A stretch of 63,919 nt of DNA, filler included, from Neoconidiobolus thromboides FSU 785 (GCA_025603075.1; 7 parts of 7 records of this genome joined end to end with filler, not necessarily neighbours in it), one strand, 5' to 3'. Numbered from the whole stretch's first letter, positions 25,895-39,900 are shown. The notes: generated by a model from the sequence alone, not told the origin. Numbers and translations are program-made.

Positions 25895-26207
25895 TGAGAT
25901 TAATAAAAATTAAAGGCGAGAAGTTTCAAATAGTAAAAGTGACAGTTTAATTTATTATAATGATAAATAAAAATTCAAGTTTATTATTATAATAGCTTGT
26001 ATAGCTAATAATTAATATTGTTACTTTTATTTATTTTAAAATATTCTATGAAGTTTGAAATTAATAAATTAACAATAATTTACTTGATAACAATTTAAAA
26101 AATAGAGGATTGTAATAAAGAATAATATTTTATCTTTTACCAAATCAATATACTGATAATTATTGATTTAATATCAAGGTCCGAATTTGTATTTAATATT
26201 AGGATAA

Positions 26208-27533
26208 TTACAAAAGTAAAGATGTTTCTCTATCTTTTACCCAAGTGAACATAGGAATAGTTTCTAATTTAGTCTCAAGGACTGGATCCATATCTGGTAT
26301 AACTGGTGCAACAAGGAATAAACAGGAAGTGAGTTCACACTCCACTTCAGTATCCGTATCAATCAACTCAAAGTTTTTAATTTTAAGTATACCTAAGTTT
26401 GGAAAAAAGGATAAAAAATAACAAAATTCTTCAAATGAAGCAGAAAATGAATCAAATGTAATTTCTTTTATAAATTGACATTTATCTAAATTACATTTAA
26501 CTTTACAAGCATCGTCATTAGATAATATGAATTTTCTATCAATACCATCAAACCTATTTTTTAAATAAGTAAAATGAAGAGTTTGAATATTTGTTAATAA
26601 AGCAATAGAAGCTAAAGATTCAATTGAAAAGAAATAAATACATATTTCTTTTAAACTTGGTAAATTTTTACAGCAATTAATAAAATCATTTGAATGAAAA
26701 TAACCTAAACTAAGGATATTACTACCTTCAACTAACTTGATACTATCTTGTCGTTTATTTTTATCTAGATGAATATAAATATTGTTGAATAATTTAACAC
26801 TTTTTAACTGTTTTAGGTCCCCAAAACATTTAATACTAAAACTAAATCTTCCTTTAACTTCTAATTTTAAATTAGAATTAAAACTAATATTAGATCGAAG
26901 TTCATTTCTTTGTGTAGTAAAATCACTTTCGGAATGAATTTTTAATACTTTTAATTTATAAAAATATCTCTTAATATGATCTAATCCATCTAGGTATAAA
27001 TTTCCTTTGCCAATTACTATAAATGAATATAATTTATTTGGATTAAAATATTTAATACAGTTTCCAATTGTAATATTAGTCCCAGTAATACCAAATACTT
27101 CAAGTTGATTTAAATAAGTACTAAAATAATCCATTGATTTTTGAAAATAATTTAAATTCATAACCATCTTTCTTAATTTTGGTAATCCTTCTGTTAATTC
27201 ATATTTTTCACAATCCTCTCCATCTAAATAATTATAACGAATTGATTCAATGTTCGGACAATAACTTAAAAGATAGATATTACAGCTATTGATATTAATA
27301 TGTCTCATCTGTGGTCCATATTGAATAATAAAATTATTCTGATAATCACCAAATTTATCATCAATCCCATTTTGGTTATAAATAGAATAAATTAAATTTC
27401 TCTTAATAACTCTGTTAACGATTTTAAATAAATATTTATTTAAAAATCGAAATTTAAATAGATCTTTTACATCTATAAATTCAAAGATTTCTTGTAATAA
27501 GATATCCGATAATTGTTCGAATTGCAATGTCAT
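26208..27533 (-). CDS. Intronless F-box/LRR-like protein
   Basis: 441-aa ORF; N-terminal F-box-like LSDILLQEIFEFIDVKDLFKFRFLNK; degenerate LRR/RNI-like body. Confidence 0.7.
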   Translation of the reverse strand: MTLQFEQLSDILLQEIFEFIDVKDLFKFRFLNKYLFKIVNRVIKRNLIYSIYNQNGIDDKFGDYQNNFIIQYGPQMRHININSCNIYLLSYCPNIESIRYNYLDGEDCEKYELTEGLPKLRKMVMNLNYFQKSMDYFSTYLNQLEVFGITGTNITIGNCIKYFNPNKLYSFIVIGKGNLYLDGLDHIKRYFYKLKVLKIHSESDFTTQRNELRSNISFNSNLKLEVKGRFSFSIKCFGDLKQLKSVKLFNNIYIHLDKNKRQDSIKLVEGSNILSLGYFHSNDFINCCKNLPSLKEICIYFFSIESLASIALLTNIQTLHFTYLKNRFDGIDRKFILSNDDACKVKCNLDKCQFIKEITFDSFSASFEEFCYFLSFFPNLGILKIKNFELIDTDTEVECELTSCLFLVAPVIPDMDPVLETKLETIPMFTWVKDRETSLLL

Positions 27534-28222
27534 TTCAAAACTAATGTTACAAAAAGAAGAGTAGTTCTTTTTTTTTATTTTTAAAAAGATTACACTACTT
27601 TACTCCCTTTAAAATAAAATAAAGCAAAGTAGTCACATTTTTTTTATATTATTGGCCAAATAACTGCGATTATTGCTCAAAATAAACGTCACATTATTTT
27701 AATGTGCAAGATCGATTTTGACTTTAGTTGTCTATTTGTAATATTAACAAATCCTTCTCTTTCAAAATAAAAAAAATAAAAATAAGAAAACAAAAATGTA
27801 AAAATATCTTCTTTGATTTTATTATTTAGTCTATTTTTAGGCACTATTGAGTAGAAAATTATAAACTTCTTCAATAAAAAAAGACATGGTCACACATTAA
27901 ACTACAAATTCACCAAAATAATACTTTAATAACAAAATTATTGCTATGAATTTATAGTGTCCAAATAAAGCATATCAAAAATTATAGATCTTATAATAAC
28001 ACTATTTATTATCCTATATTTTATAACAACTAATAAATTAAAATACAAAAAAAATAACAAAATGAACATGCTCTGTATTTGAAATTTGATGGGTTTTTTA
28101 GTAGCAAATTTATACTTGTACCACTACTCTCAACAAACCTATCTTTTCAAATAACCCACTGATGTTTTGTTTTAATAAATACTGTCTTTAACATTTATAG
28201 TTTAAAAATAAATAAAACAATT

Positions 28223-28318
28223 GGAGATGTATTTTTTTTGCTTAAGAATTTTATAATATAATTTTTTATACTCAATCAATGCTTAAAAATGAAAGAGTGA
28301 TGAAATAAAAGAACCCTC
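28223..28318 (+). mobile_element. MITE family A, copy 16 (degenerate)
   Basis: GGAGATGTATTTTT...AAGAATTTT...GCTTAAAAATG...GATGAAAT; flanks AATT/ATTT. Confidence 0.65.
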
Positions 28319-29150
28319 ATTTATTTTATTAACAAAATGGTATACTTTAATCTTTAAAACTTGTAAATTAAATAAATTAGTGCTTCAACATTAATAAAAA
28401 TACTTATTTTTTATTGGAAATGATATAAAACAGTTTAATTTTTGTACAATTTGGATTTTTAGCAAAAGTTGGAAATTAAGCACCTTGTGCTATGAAATTA
28501 ATTGCCTTTTGCTTAATTAAAATTACTACTCATATTGGAATGTTTTGTCCAGTACCTATCTAAAAAATTTTCAAAAATTTAAGCTATGTAGAGAATGGCC
28601 AAGAAATGTAAGATCAAAAATTTATCCTTAATTTTAAATTAGCTTTTAAACATCTATGTTTATTTGCTTTGAAAATTTACAACTTTTTAGAATTCAACAA
28701 AGAATATTCTATTGAGAATATTGGCAATTTACTATAACAATTTATAAAATAGCAGAGGAAATAATAAGCTGTGTATATTGTATTGATAATCAAAATTCTA
28801 TATTTTAATACTTTTGTAGCGGTTTGTCTAATGGGGGTAATTCCGAAGCCAATAAGCTTAAGTTGACAAATGATACATGGACATATAACTTTTTTATCAA
28901 ATTTTAAAAAAATTCTCCATTATTTTACTAATTAGGAAAGTGCTTGAAAATTTCGAACATTTTAAATCCATCAAAAAGTATAAAATTTAAGTGTATCCAA
29001 TCAACTTTCAACTTCATAAACCACAAAACCCCATAATAGGATCATACCTCAAAACCAAAAAATTCAATTAAATAAAGTATTGCCTTCTTTTAATTAAATA
29101 GATATATAGAATCCCTTCCTCTTAGTTTACTTTTTATAACAACAAAAAAT

Positions 29151-32100
29151 ATGTCTTTAGAGTTACAATTAACCCGTTTAAATGAAATTTTAACTGCCGT
29201 TATTGAAGGTAAAAGCAGTGAAGTTATTAAACATTCTACCGCTGCTTTAAATGATGAATTTTTAACCAAACCAACTACCATCCTTTTACTTACTAAACTT
29301 TATACTCAATCCCAAAACCCTGGTGTAACTAATTTTTCGATTCCTTTTTTTATTAAAAAATTAAATTGATCTTTAGGTTCGTCAACTTGCTGCTATTGAA
29401 CTTAATAAGCTTACTAAGAAGTTTTGGATCGATTTAGAAGAAAATATTAGAGTAGAGGTCAAAAAAGCTCTTTTAGAAATTGTTGTAAATGAAGAAAAGT
29501 AAGTTTTAAATTTCTATTAATAGTTATATTTAATGAAATATTTTAGACAGCTTTTACGTACAGCTTTAACCGAATCCATTGCTTCAATTGCTGAAAATGA
29601 TCTCGTATTAAAACAATGGCCAGAATTATTCCCTTTCGTTATGCAATGTTGTCAAAGTCCAACTGTACTCCATCGTGAAGTTGGTGTCATGTTATTAGCT
29701 GAATTATTTGATATTATCAATGATAATTTTAATGAAGAACTTAGTCATCTTTTTGAAGTAGCTAAAAAAGCTATTGTAGATCAAGAAAGTGAATTTGTTC
29801 GTAGATCTGGATTTAAAATTCTTATTAAATTTATTGATATTATTCCATCCGAAAACAAGGCCCAAATTAATAGTTTCCAAGAAGTTATTCCTTCCATTGT
29901 TTCTGTTTTAGAAGATGCTATTAAAAATGATAGAGAAAACGAAGTCCAATCCATTCTTGATGTTTTCGAAGTCTCCCTTTTATCAGAAGCTCCACTTTTA
30001 AATAAGCATTTCAAAGATCTTTATACTTTCATTGTTAATGTATCTTTACAAACTTCTGTATCAGATTCTATTAGATGTGGTACCATCAATCAACTTATGT
30101 GGAGTATTATGTATAAAAAAACCCGTGTTGGTAAAAATGGTCTTATTGAACCATATATTAAATTATGTCTTCAAGTTATGTCTGAAGAAACTTCCGAAGA
30201 TGATCTTGATGAAAATTGTCCAGCAAATTCAGGTGCTAACTTATTAGCTTCTATGGCTGAACAACTTTCTCCACAACAAGTTTATCCTTTCCTTGCCCCT
30301 TTAATTTATAATTATGTTCATACCGCAGTTCCTAATAATGTTAAAGCAGCTCTTAATGCTGTTGGTGTTACTGCTTACGGTTGTTCTAATTATTTGAGCT
30401 CTCAAGTTTCAGATCTTCTTCCAATGGTAGCTCAATATCTCCGTCATGAGAATGCTCAAGTACGTATTGCTGCTTGTTATGCTCTTTCTCAATTGACTGA
30501 ATACTTAAGTGATGAAGTTGTTTCTTATCATGATAGAATTATGCCTGAATTATTCCCATTACTTAATGATAACAATAACTTAGTTTGCATTTATGCTTGG
30601 GAATCTGTTGAAGCTTTAATGGCCTCTGTTGATGATAAAGCTATCAACTATCTTCCACAGCTTATGGAAAAATGTGGTGAATCTTTAGATAGACTTTCAG
30701 TTGACCAAAGAATGTGCATTATCAATGCAGTCACTGCTGCTGCTAACTCTGCTGGGCCATTATTTGCTCCATACTTCCAAAATTTCATGGCTCGTTTAAG
30801 TCCATATTTACAATCAAAAGATATTGATCAAGATAGCTTAAAATTAAAGAGTACAGCTTTAGACGCTGCTGGTGTTATTGTAAGTAGTGTTGGAAATGAA
30901 GTTGCTTTACCATATATACAAGATATTATGACTATTGCTTTTGAAGCTATGTCTATTAAAGGATCTTTTATGAGAGAAAGTGCTTTTGATTTCTTTGGAT
31001 CAGCTTCAAATGTCCTTGGTCCTCAATTCAACTATTATCTTCATCAAGTAATCAAGGAAGCCTCAATAACCTTAAATCAAAGCGAGATGGATGATGAGGA
31101 TGATAATTCTGAAGATTTAGAAAATCCTCAAGATGAACAGATAAATTATCGTTCAGATCTTATGACTGAAAAAGAATTTGCTTTAAGAGCTTTAGGAACT
31201 ATTGCCACCAATACCAAAAAAGAATTTCTTCCATACCTTGAAGAGCTTACCACCATTGCTATCAAAAAATTAGATCATTATTGTGATGAAATTCGTAAAG
31301 CTTCTTATGAAACCTTACTTAAATTTATTATTACTGCCACTGGTGCTCACAGAGAAGTTGAACATGAATCAGGTGTTTTACCTTATCCACAATTACATCC
31401 TAATGTTGTAACCTATATTCATCGTGTCATGCCAGAAATTATGGATAAGTGGAAGAATGAATATGATATTGAAACTTGTATCACTTTATTCTGTGAACTT
31501 GATACTGCTATCTGCTTCGTTGGTCCAGAATTAATTGGAAATTATATCAATGATCTCTCATCTCTTTTAATGCAAACTTTCAACAAAGAATCATCTTGTC
31601 AAATTTTTGAAGAAGATGATGAAGTTGATACCGAGAATACTAGTGAATTAGAATCTGTATTAATTGGTAGTGCTGCTGATGTTGTTGGTGCCCTTGCTAA
31701 AGTTGTTGGTCCAGATTTCCTTGAAATTTTCCGTACTTTCTATCCATCTATCAAGAAATATTTCAAACCAAATGTAACTGAAAGTGAAAGAAATTTAGTA
31801 GTTGCTGTACTTGGTGATATCATTTCTGGATTAAAGCATAATACTTCTGAATTTACCCTTGAATTCCTTGAAATTCTATTGGTTGGTTTACAAGATAAAA
31901 ATGCTGGTGTTCGTTCAAATTCTGCTTATTCTGTTGGAAAACTTTGTGAACTTACAACTGTTGATATAACTAATCATTATGGTACTATCCTCTCTTTACT
32001 CTCTCCACTCTTTGCTATTGAAGGTAAAAATAATGCTCGTGATAATGCCTGTGGTGCTGTTTGTAGATTAATCTTAAAGAACCCACAATCTTGTCCTATT

Positions 32101-32432
32101 GATGAGGTATTTTATTTATATTCATATGACTTTTCTAAATTAATCAATTCTTATTAGGCTATACCTGCTATTATTTCAATGTTACCTCTTGAGATTGATT
32201 ATCAAGAAAACAATCCAGTTTATCAATGCCTTGCATTTTTAATTAAGGCTAAGCACCCAGTGGTAAGTTTACTGTGGTTATAAATATAAAAATAATATAC
32301 TAAATATTTTATTAGGTCAACCAATATATGGGACAACTTGCTGCCCTTTTCAAACAAATGCTTACAACCCCAGATCGTGTACATAGAGACACTTTAGAAA
32401 TAATTGATGATGTTCTTAAAAATCATATGTGA
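29151..32432 (+). CDS. KAP123: Importin-4/Kap123-type karyopherin beta, multi-exon
   Basis: VRQLAAIEL, QWPELFPFV, HEAT repeats, VRSNSAYSVG, DNACGAVCRLI, AIISMLPLEIDYQEN. Confidence 0.85.
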
Positions 32433-32929
32433 AATAATTGAGCCCCTTTAATTATATTACTTTAACACTTGAATGCTTTTAGTCATAAATAAAATCAAAT
32501 ATAAAATTTAATCTAAAGATATTTTATTTTAATATTCTCCTTTAGCCTTCACAAAACTCAATATTTCATATAAGTTTATTTAAGTAAAATGATAGCTATG
32601 ACAAGCTGGTGGACTTGTACAAATCGCTTATAGTATTTGGAATCTTACAAGGCTTACGACTAAACTGGGTAGGTTCCCCAGTTTATCATCACATCTTATC
32701 TGTTCAAATGAACATAAATGAAGCGCTGAGTTTAAATCGAAACATAAAACAAGATAAATTTGATTTTACTTTTAGTTCTAGACTTTAGCAAAATTGTTAT
32801 TTCTCTAAGGCTGTAACTACTCATAAAATGAGTTTAACTGACTTGACTCTGCCTATCTACAATTAAAACTAATAAACAATTTTAACTGATTTTTATTAAG
32901 TCATTTTTCAGTTTATTAAATAACAGATT

Positions 32930-33026
32930 AGGGTGTTTTTTTGGTTTCATTACTTTTTCCATTTTTCAAACACTATTTAAAAGGAAAAAGTGTTAGTAAA
33001 ATTCTTAAACGAAAAAATACATCTCC
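32930..33026 (-). mobile_element. MITE family A, copy 17
   Basis: Consensus match; left end ragged. Confidence 0.8.
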
Positions 33027-33240
33027 ATATAGGATTAACAATTGCATCAAACATAAAATATAAAACGTATCCTTAGGCTTTTAATACCGAAAGTATGAAT
33101 TAAACTAAAAGTGAGTTATTCTTAGTATAGTCATTCCAAGGGTGTTTTACTTATTTTGGCTAGTATTGAATAATAAAAATATAACTAAATACATATGATA
33201 ATTGAACGCATTGTGACAAGGTTGAATATTATAAGTATAT

Positions 33241-33339
33241 GAGGATGTTTTTTTTTACTTCATTACTTTTTCCACCTTTCAAGCGCTATTTGAGTGGAAA
33301 AATTGTTAGTAAAATTCTTAAATACAAAAATACATTCCC
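33241..33339 (-). mobile_element. MITE family A, copy 18
   Basis: Consensus match; flanks ATAT/ATAT. Confidence 0.85.
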
Positions 33340-34476
33340 ATATACTATATTTTTTACTATGCTTTATTAGAAGTGATACTATGTGTTTGGTAAGTTATAG
33401 ACAGAAAAGTACTGTTACTATGAAATGTATTTTCAAACTCTTGTTATCTCAATTAACGCTTTATAGCATTGTTATTTGGCAGTTATCTATATTGATTATA
33501 TCATATTTTTAATACTGTTATAAATAAATATCAATTCTCTTGAAAGTTAAAAAAATTAACTTGTCTAATGATTAAATCATAATATATTAGATTTATCCAC
33601 TAATTTTAATATACTTCGCTTAAAACAGGTCATACTTGAAAGAATAAACGATGAGTTAAAATTAAAAGCAAATGGCTATTGGATTCGACTTCCTTAAATT
33701 TAAACCTGTTTTTTATATTATAGTGTCCATTTGGGATTAATAAGAAAAGTAGGCTTTAGGAATTTAAGGATCGTTTAAAAGGGATGTTATCTAACACATT
33801 ACCCAATTCGCAAGGTGCGAAGGTTAAATATTATGAAATGCTTTCTACTATAGGGTTTTATTATGATCAGACAAATCTCCGGATATTTGGCCAAAATATC
33901 TGAAAATAAAGTTAATATTTTATGTTCTTCATTTAAAATTTTATTATTCATAGCAAAAATATTAGAAAAAAACAACTTTCAATAGACTTGTCAATTAATT
34001 ATAATGCAATATACAAACTAATCAATGTATGTGTATATGGAATTAGTAAGTAAAAAAGTATACTTTTGAACTATTTTATTAATAAATATTAGTAATAGTT
34101 ATTATTTTATCAATTCACTATAATTTGCTATTGATTGGTTCTGTTCTATTGTCCGAAATGGAAGCTTAAACCTTAAAATTTCGAAGTTCGGAAAAAGATC
34201 CCTTATTTTTTCACCAATCAAAAACGAGTGGTAATTAAATCCTTTAATAGTGGGTAGGTAATGGTAATATAAACCTGAGCTCATTATGCATCAAAATTTC
34301 CAAATTAAGTATAAAGTTGCTTAAGGGATAAAAATAGATTAGCTAAAGTTGGGTATTCATGTTTCCTGAAGTTGTTGTACCTTATTCTTAAAGTTATCTG
34401 ATATATAAAGACCATTTCAAGCTCAATGAAGCATCAATTATTAAGAAATTTATCACTAATCAAAATAAATAAAAGA

Positions 34477-35790
34477 ATGTATAACGAAAAAGTCTGTATC
34501 GTTGGATCTGGTAATTGGTAAGTACTTTAATCTTCATCTTAACCTTTTATTAAATATCGTTATCAGGGGATCTGCAATTGCCAAAATTATTGGAGAGAAT
34601 GTCCAAAATAGCCCAAAATTTGACAAAGATGTCAATATGTGGGTATATGAAGAGAATATCGATGGACGTAAACTTACTGATATCATTAACACAGAGCACG
34701 AAAACGTAAAGTAAGGCAATTGCTCTCTTCAAATTTTATTCATATTCATCTTTCATAGATATCTTCCTGGTATTAAACTCCCATCAAATATTATCGCTGT
34801 ACCAAATCTTTTAGATGCTGCTAAATTAGCCACCACTTTAGTTTTTGTCGTTCCACATCAAGTAAATACTTTTATTTTTAAATTTTTTAAATTTTAACCA
34901 AACTATAGTTTATTGGAAATATCTGCAAACAACTTAAAGGAAACCTTGCTCCAAATTGCAAAGCTATTTCATTAATCAAGGTACTTTTATCATTTAATTT
35001 ATAATTAAATTCTAATATTTTTAGGGTGTCAATGTTTCTTCCACAAAAATTGAGTTGATTTCAGAGCTTATTGGTAACAATTTAGGTATTCAAGTCAGTA
35101 CCCTTTCTGGGGCAAATATCTCAAATGAGGTAGCTGAAGAAAAGTTTTGTGAGACAACCATAGGGTATCATAACAGACAAGATGGTGAAATGTTTAAAGA
35201 GTTATTCCATACTGACTACTTCCATGTAAACATTGTTGAAGATGTACGTGGTGTAGAGATGTGTGGTGCCTTAAAGAATATTGTTGCTATTGCTGCAGGT
35301 ATTGTTGATGGTTTGAAATTAGGTAACAACACTAAAGCCGCAATTATTCGGATTGGTTTAATGGAAATGATTAAATTTGGAGAAACTTTCTTAAAAGGTG
35401 TAAAAATCACAACATTTTTTGAAAGTTGTGGAACTGCTGATTTAACCACTACATGTTTTGGAGGTAGAAATCGTAAAGTTGCTGAAGCACATGTAGTAAC
35501 TGGAAAAGTAAGTTCAGTTATTACTTTTAATAGCAATTATTAATAATTTTATAGCCATTTGAACAACTCGAAAAAGAGCTTTTAAATGGTCAAAAACTTC
35601 AAGGTACTATTACAGCTAAAGAAGTAAATGAATTCTTAACTGCCAGAAATATGACTGAAGACTTCCCTCTATTCACTCGTGTATATCAAGTTTGTTATGA
35701 AGGACTCGATGCATCTAATATCACAAAAGATATAGAATTTAAGTTCAACAACCGTTCTCAAGGAAGTGATTTACAAAAATCTCGTCTATA
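34477..35790 (+). CDS. GPD1: NAD-dependent glycerol-3-phosphate dehydrogenase, copy A, with C-terminal PTS1 (-SRL)
   Basis: [55 protein letters not shown]; ends GSDLQKSRL*; 5 introns. Confidence 0.95.
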
Positions 35791-36161
35791 ATTTGTTTAT
35801 ATACCTTTAATTATATAGCTCGATTTATGATAAATGACTTATGTCTCCCGAAGTTTAAACTGTAAAGTTATTCTCAAGTTAAAATTAAATAGATAACTAA
35901 TTAACATACTTATGATTATGTTTTTGTTTTAATTTTGTTACATTTATGATTTTTATACAACAATACTTTAAAGTATTTGCAACTTGAAAAATGAGATGAT
36001 ACAGAAGGTTTTATATATTATTAATAACCCAAGTACTACATGTTATTTAAAATTTTTTTATTTGGTAATATTTCAATCATATCATTTTGATAGGAAAAAA
36101 ATTGGTATTCTTCAAATTTAAAATTTGCAGTTAAAAGTTTAAAAATAATTTTTTATTTAAA

Positions 36162-37190
36162 ATGAGTAAAAGAAGTGCTGCGGCTGAACACCACGAGGAG
36201 CTTAGAAATGACTCAGATGATATGGGAGAAATGAGTGAAGTAACATATTTAAGTATCAGTATTCTTTGAGTTTAATATTTTCAAGTCGGAAATCAATGTA
36301 GAGTTTGATTTCTTCGATCCAAAAGAAATTGATTTCCATAATATCAAAAACTTTATGACAAATTATTTTGGCAAAGATAGAATAGATACAAGTGATCTTG
36401 CTGATCTCATTATTAGCCAGCCTCTTATTGGAACTACCATTAAGGCGGTAGAGGAAGACGATGCTTTAGCTATTTTTACTATTCTTAATATGAATGTCCA
36501 TGAGGTATTTATCTTGATCCTTTATTTATTTATTAATTTTTTCAGTCCAAAAATAGTATTACTCAAATAAGAGACTATATACTTTCAAGCTCTAGAAATA
36601 ACCAACCACTTTACAATTTATTACAAGCATTATTAGCTCCAGGCTCAACCAGACATTTAGGGCTTTTATTAAATGAACGACTAATTAATATGCCTGTTCA
36701 AATTGCCCCACCAATGTACAAAATGCTAGGGGAAGAAATAGAATGGGCCATTCAAGATGTAAGGTTAGTTTATTTAAAAGAAGTTAGACTAATCTTGACT
36801 TAGAAAGAGCCATATAACTTTGAGTATATTTTACTTTTATCTAAAACTTATAAAGAAGTTGAATCCCAAGAAACCGGGGAAGGAGGCAAAGATGACCAAG
36901 ATAGAAAGAAGCGCCGTAATCAGGTAATAAGTATATAAATGAGAGAGTTTTCTAATTAAATAAAATAGCCAAGTGCAGGAGCGTTTTATATCAATTTAGA
37001 AGATGAAATTGTTTCAAAATTTGCAGAATTCGAGCAAGTGTTAGAATATCATAATAGTGCTGTACCAGACTCTAAAAGAGCGTTCTCTGAGTTTGGTGTT
37101 TTACCTGGACGTAAATTCTTTTTATTCCATAGTTCCAAATACCATCAAATACTTCAAGCTTTAACCGAGGCTATCCCTACCCCTCAATAA
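36162..37190 (+). CDS. BCP1: BCP1/BCCIP family protein, multi-exon
   Basis: NVEFDFFDPKEIDFH, LADLIISQPLIGTTIK, LGLLLNERLINMPVQIAPPMYKMLGEEIEWA. Confidence 0.92.
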
Positions 37191-37626
37191 TTGTTTCATT
37201 TAGAAATTATAGAGTATTAAAATCAAAGTTTATTGGATCTTAACAACATGAATTAATTCAAATTATTAACTTTTAATCATTATTGTCTAATATTAACACA
37301 TGATAATTACATTTTAATTATTTGCTTAAGGTATGTGTTTTCATGAGATAATAATGATAATTAAAGCAATGGTTTTAGATGGTACAGCTTCTACACTTGA
37401 TTTAGAATCTAATTTATTACAAAAGACAATATGATTTTTTTAATTCTTAAATAGCAACACAAAATAGTTAATTTATCGTACGTTCTAATTCATAACTTGA
37501 TAATTATGATGACTGGTATCATTTTAAAAGAATAATATTTGGCCAACACAGCTTTATTGAAGAAAAGCTTTGAAATTTAGTTTCAGTTATCTGCTAAACA
37601 TTTTCATCAAACGATAATCAGTTTGC

Positions 37627-38925
37627 TTATAGACCTTCTACGATTTCCGAAGGTGGTAAGCCCTTATAGCAAATTCTATAAACTTTAGTGAAGAGTGGGA
37701 ACCTATGAAAGTTAGTTATAATCTACAAGATTTAAATAAATTTACTCATCTTCCTGGTTTCTAGCAGATAGGAACTGGTTGACTTCTTTAGAAGTGATAG
37801 TTCCTTGTAATTTTTGTCCATTTAACAATTCTTTTTCAAGCTCTTCAAAACTCTAATAATTTAATAATTGTGCTTTTAAATAAAATCAAAGTACCTTTCC
37901 AGTTCTAACATGAGCTTCAGCAACTTTTCGGTTACGGCCACCATAACAGGTGGTAATAAGATCACCGACCCCAGAACTTTCAAAAAAGGTATTTTCTTTA
38001 ACACCTTCAAGGTATACTTGTGCAAATTTTTTCATTTCCATCAAACCAATACGTATAATAGCTGCTTTAGTATTAGGTCCTAATTCCATCCCATCAATGA
38101 TTCCTGCAGCAATAGCAACAATATTTTTCAATGCACCACACATTTCTACCCCATGGACATCTGGCACAATACTCACTCTAAAGTAAGGAGTATTAAACAA
38201 ATCAAAATAAAACTTTCCATCTTGTTCATTTACATATCCAATAGTTGTTTCACTGAACCTTTCTATGGCGATTTCATCAGCTATATTTGCTCCAGATAAG
38301 GTACTAACCTCAATGCCCAGCTCCTTACTAATATAGTTTGAAATCAAAGTAATACCTTTGGAATCTACATGTACTCCCTTTAATTATATTAGTATATCCA
38401 AGGCTAATTCGAGTATATTTACCTTTACTAAAGAAATTGCTTTACAATCTTTTGGTAATTTTCCTTTTATTTGCTCACATATACTTTCAATAAACTAACC
38501 GGTTAAATAATGGAACAAAATTCGAATTATTACTTACTTGATGAGGTGTAACAAACACTAAAACATTACATCCTACAACAGCTTCTTCAAGATTAGGGTA
38601 GGCCACGACATTTTTTGGAAGTTTGATTCCAGGTAAATATCTTTATAAAATAAATAAATACTACTTGTTATAATAATAAACTTACTTAACATTTTCATTC
38701 TGAGTATTAATAATTTCAGTCAACTTTTTCCCATCTACCATTTCTTCAAACACCCACATACGAACTTCATTTTCAACATTATTAAGCTTTAATGCGTTGT
38801 TTCCTATAATTTTAGCTGTAGTTGAGCCCCTTTATGTATGATAGTAATTAATTATAATTAATTTCTAATAACATTAGTGATATTTATTACCAATTTCCTG
38901 ATCCTACAATAAGTACTTTATTCAT
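37627..38925 (-). CDS. GPD1: NAD-dependent glycerol-3-phosphate dehydrogenase, copy B, no PTS1
   Basis: [40 protein letters not shown]; ends PSEIVEGL*; 6 introns. Confidence 0.95.
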
Positions 38926-39503
38926 TTTAAGTTTTCTTATCAATAAAAAGAATAGCTAAAGTTGAGTATTTATACATTTGAATGATGTAATATTTATCCC
39001 TTGATTTTCTAACAAATAGTTCTCCCTTAACAATCATAGTGATAATAATTTGTTGAGATAATAATCTAATACAACTGGAACAGCTTAAAACCATATGTTT
39101 GTATATTAAATTATATTGATAAAGAAGCTTGGTAAAACCTATCCCAAAATCTCTTTTATGAGATTTTTCAAGGATAATACATTTAATATAAAATTGGGGA
39201 GTTCTAAACTTCTTACTTCTTTATCTCAGAGCAGTGGGTTATTAACAATAGCTTTTTAATAAATAAAAACTTAATTAGTATAATAAAACCTTATAAAATG
39301 AGATTATAAGAACCTTTATTTTGAAAATAATAAAAGTAAATAACAAGAATTACTATTATGAAACCCTCGTGCTTTAAATATTAGATGGCTTTTAAATCCA
39401 ATAATAAATTTCATTAGTTATTTTGAATGGACTCTATTATATATATCAATGCTACTGTATTTAAAATATCATTGATTTAGTATACTAAAAAAAAGTTTAT
39501 ACA

Positions 39504-39559
39504 GTGGTGTATTTTTTTAAGAATCTTACTAACAATCTTTCCGCTTAAATAGTGCTTAA
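39504..39559 (+). mobile_element. MITE family A, copy 19 (5' half only)
   Basis: TGTATTTTTTTAAGAATCTTACTAACAATCTTTCCGCTTAAATAGTGCTTAA. Confidence 0.7.
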
Positions 39560-39900
39560 CATTTTAAAAAAAATTTAATTAAAATTTTCTAACTACATGA
39601 AAATATAAACAATATTGAAAATGTAAAGCTTGTTAAAAATATACGAAAAATAATATTTTGCTATATTATTGTTCAATGATAATGAAAGTTATTTGTTAGT
39701 TCTAGTCGATCACATAAATCAAAATTGATGAGGTTTTTTGTAGATGTCTAATGAAATTTACTTAAATTAGGTCTTTCAAAGTGACTATCCTTCTATCATA
39801 ACAGGTAACAGGATAGTTAGCTATATAATATAAGATGGAATAGAAAAAGCTGTATTATTATTTAATTTAAAGATGGCCGGAATAAATCCTTTGTAATAAA

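Noticed and set aside
27805-27890. Possible very degenerate MITE A copy
   Set aside because: Only patchy similarity and no recognisable termini; not counted.
32655-32685. Hairpin TAAACTGGG-taggttc-CCCAGTTTA as a Helitron 3' end or terminator
   Set aside because: Single occurrence, no CTRR end or second copy.
33670-33910. GFDFLKF peptide resembling a group II/mitochondrial RT motif
   Set aside because: Short, stop-bounded, with no other RT motifs nearby.
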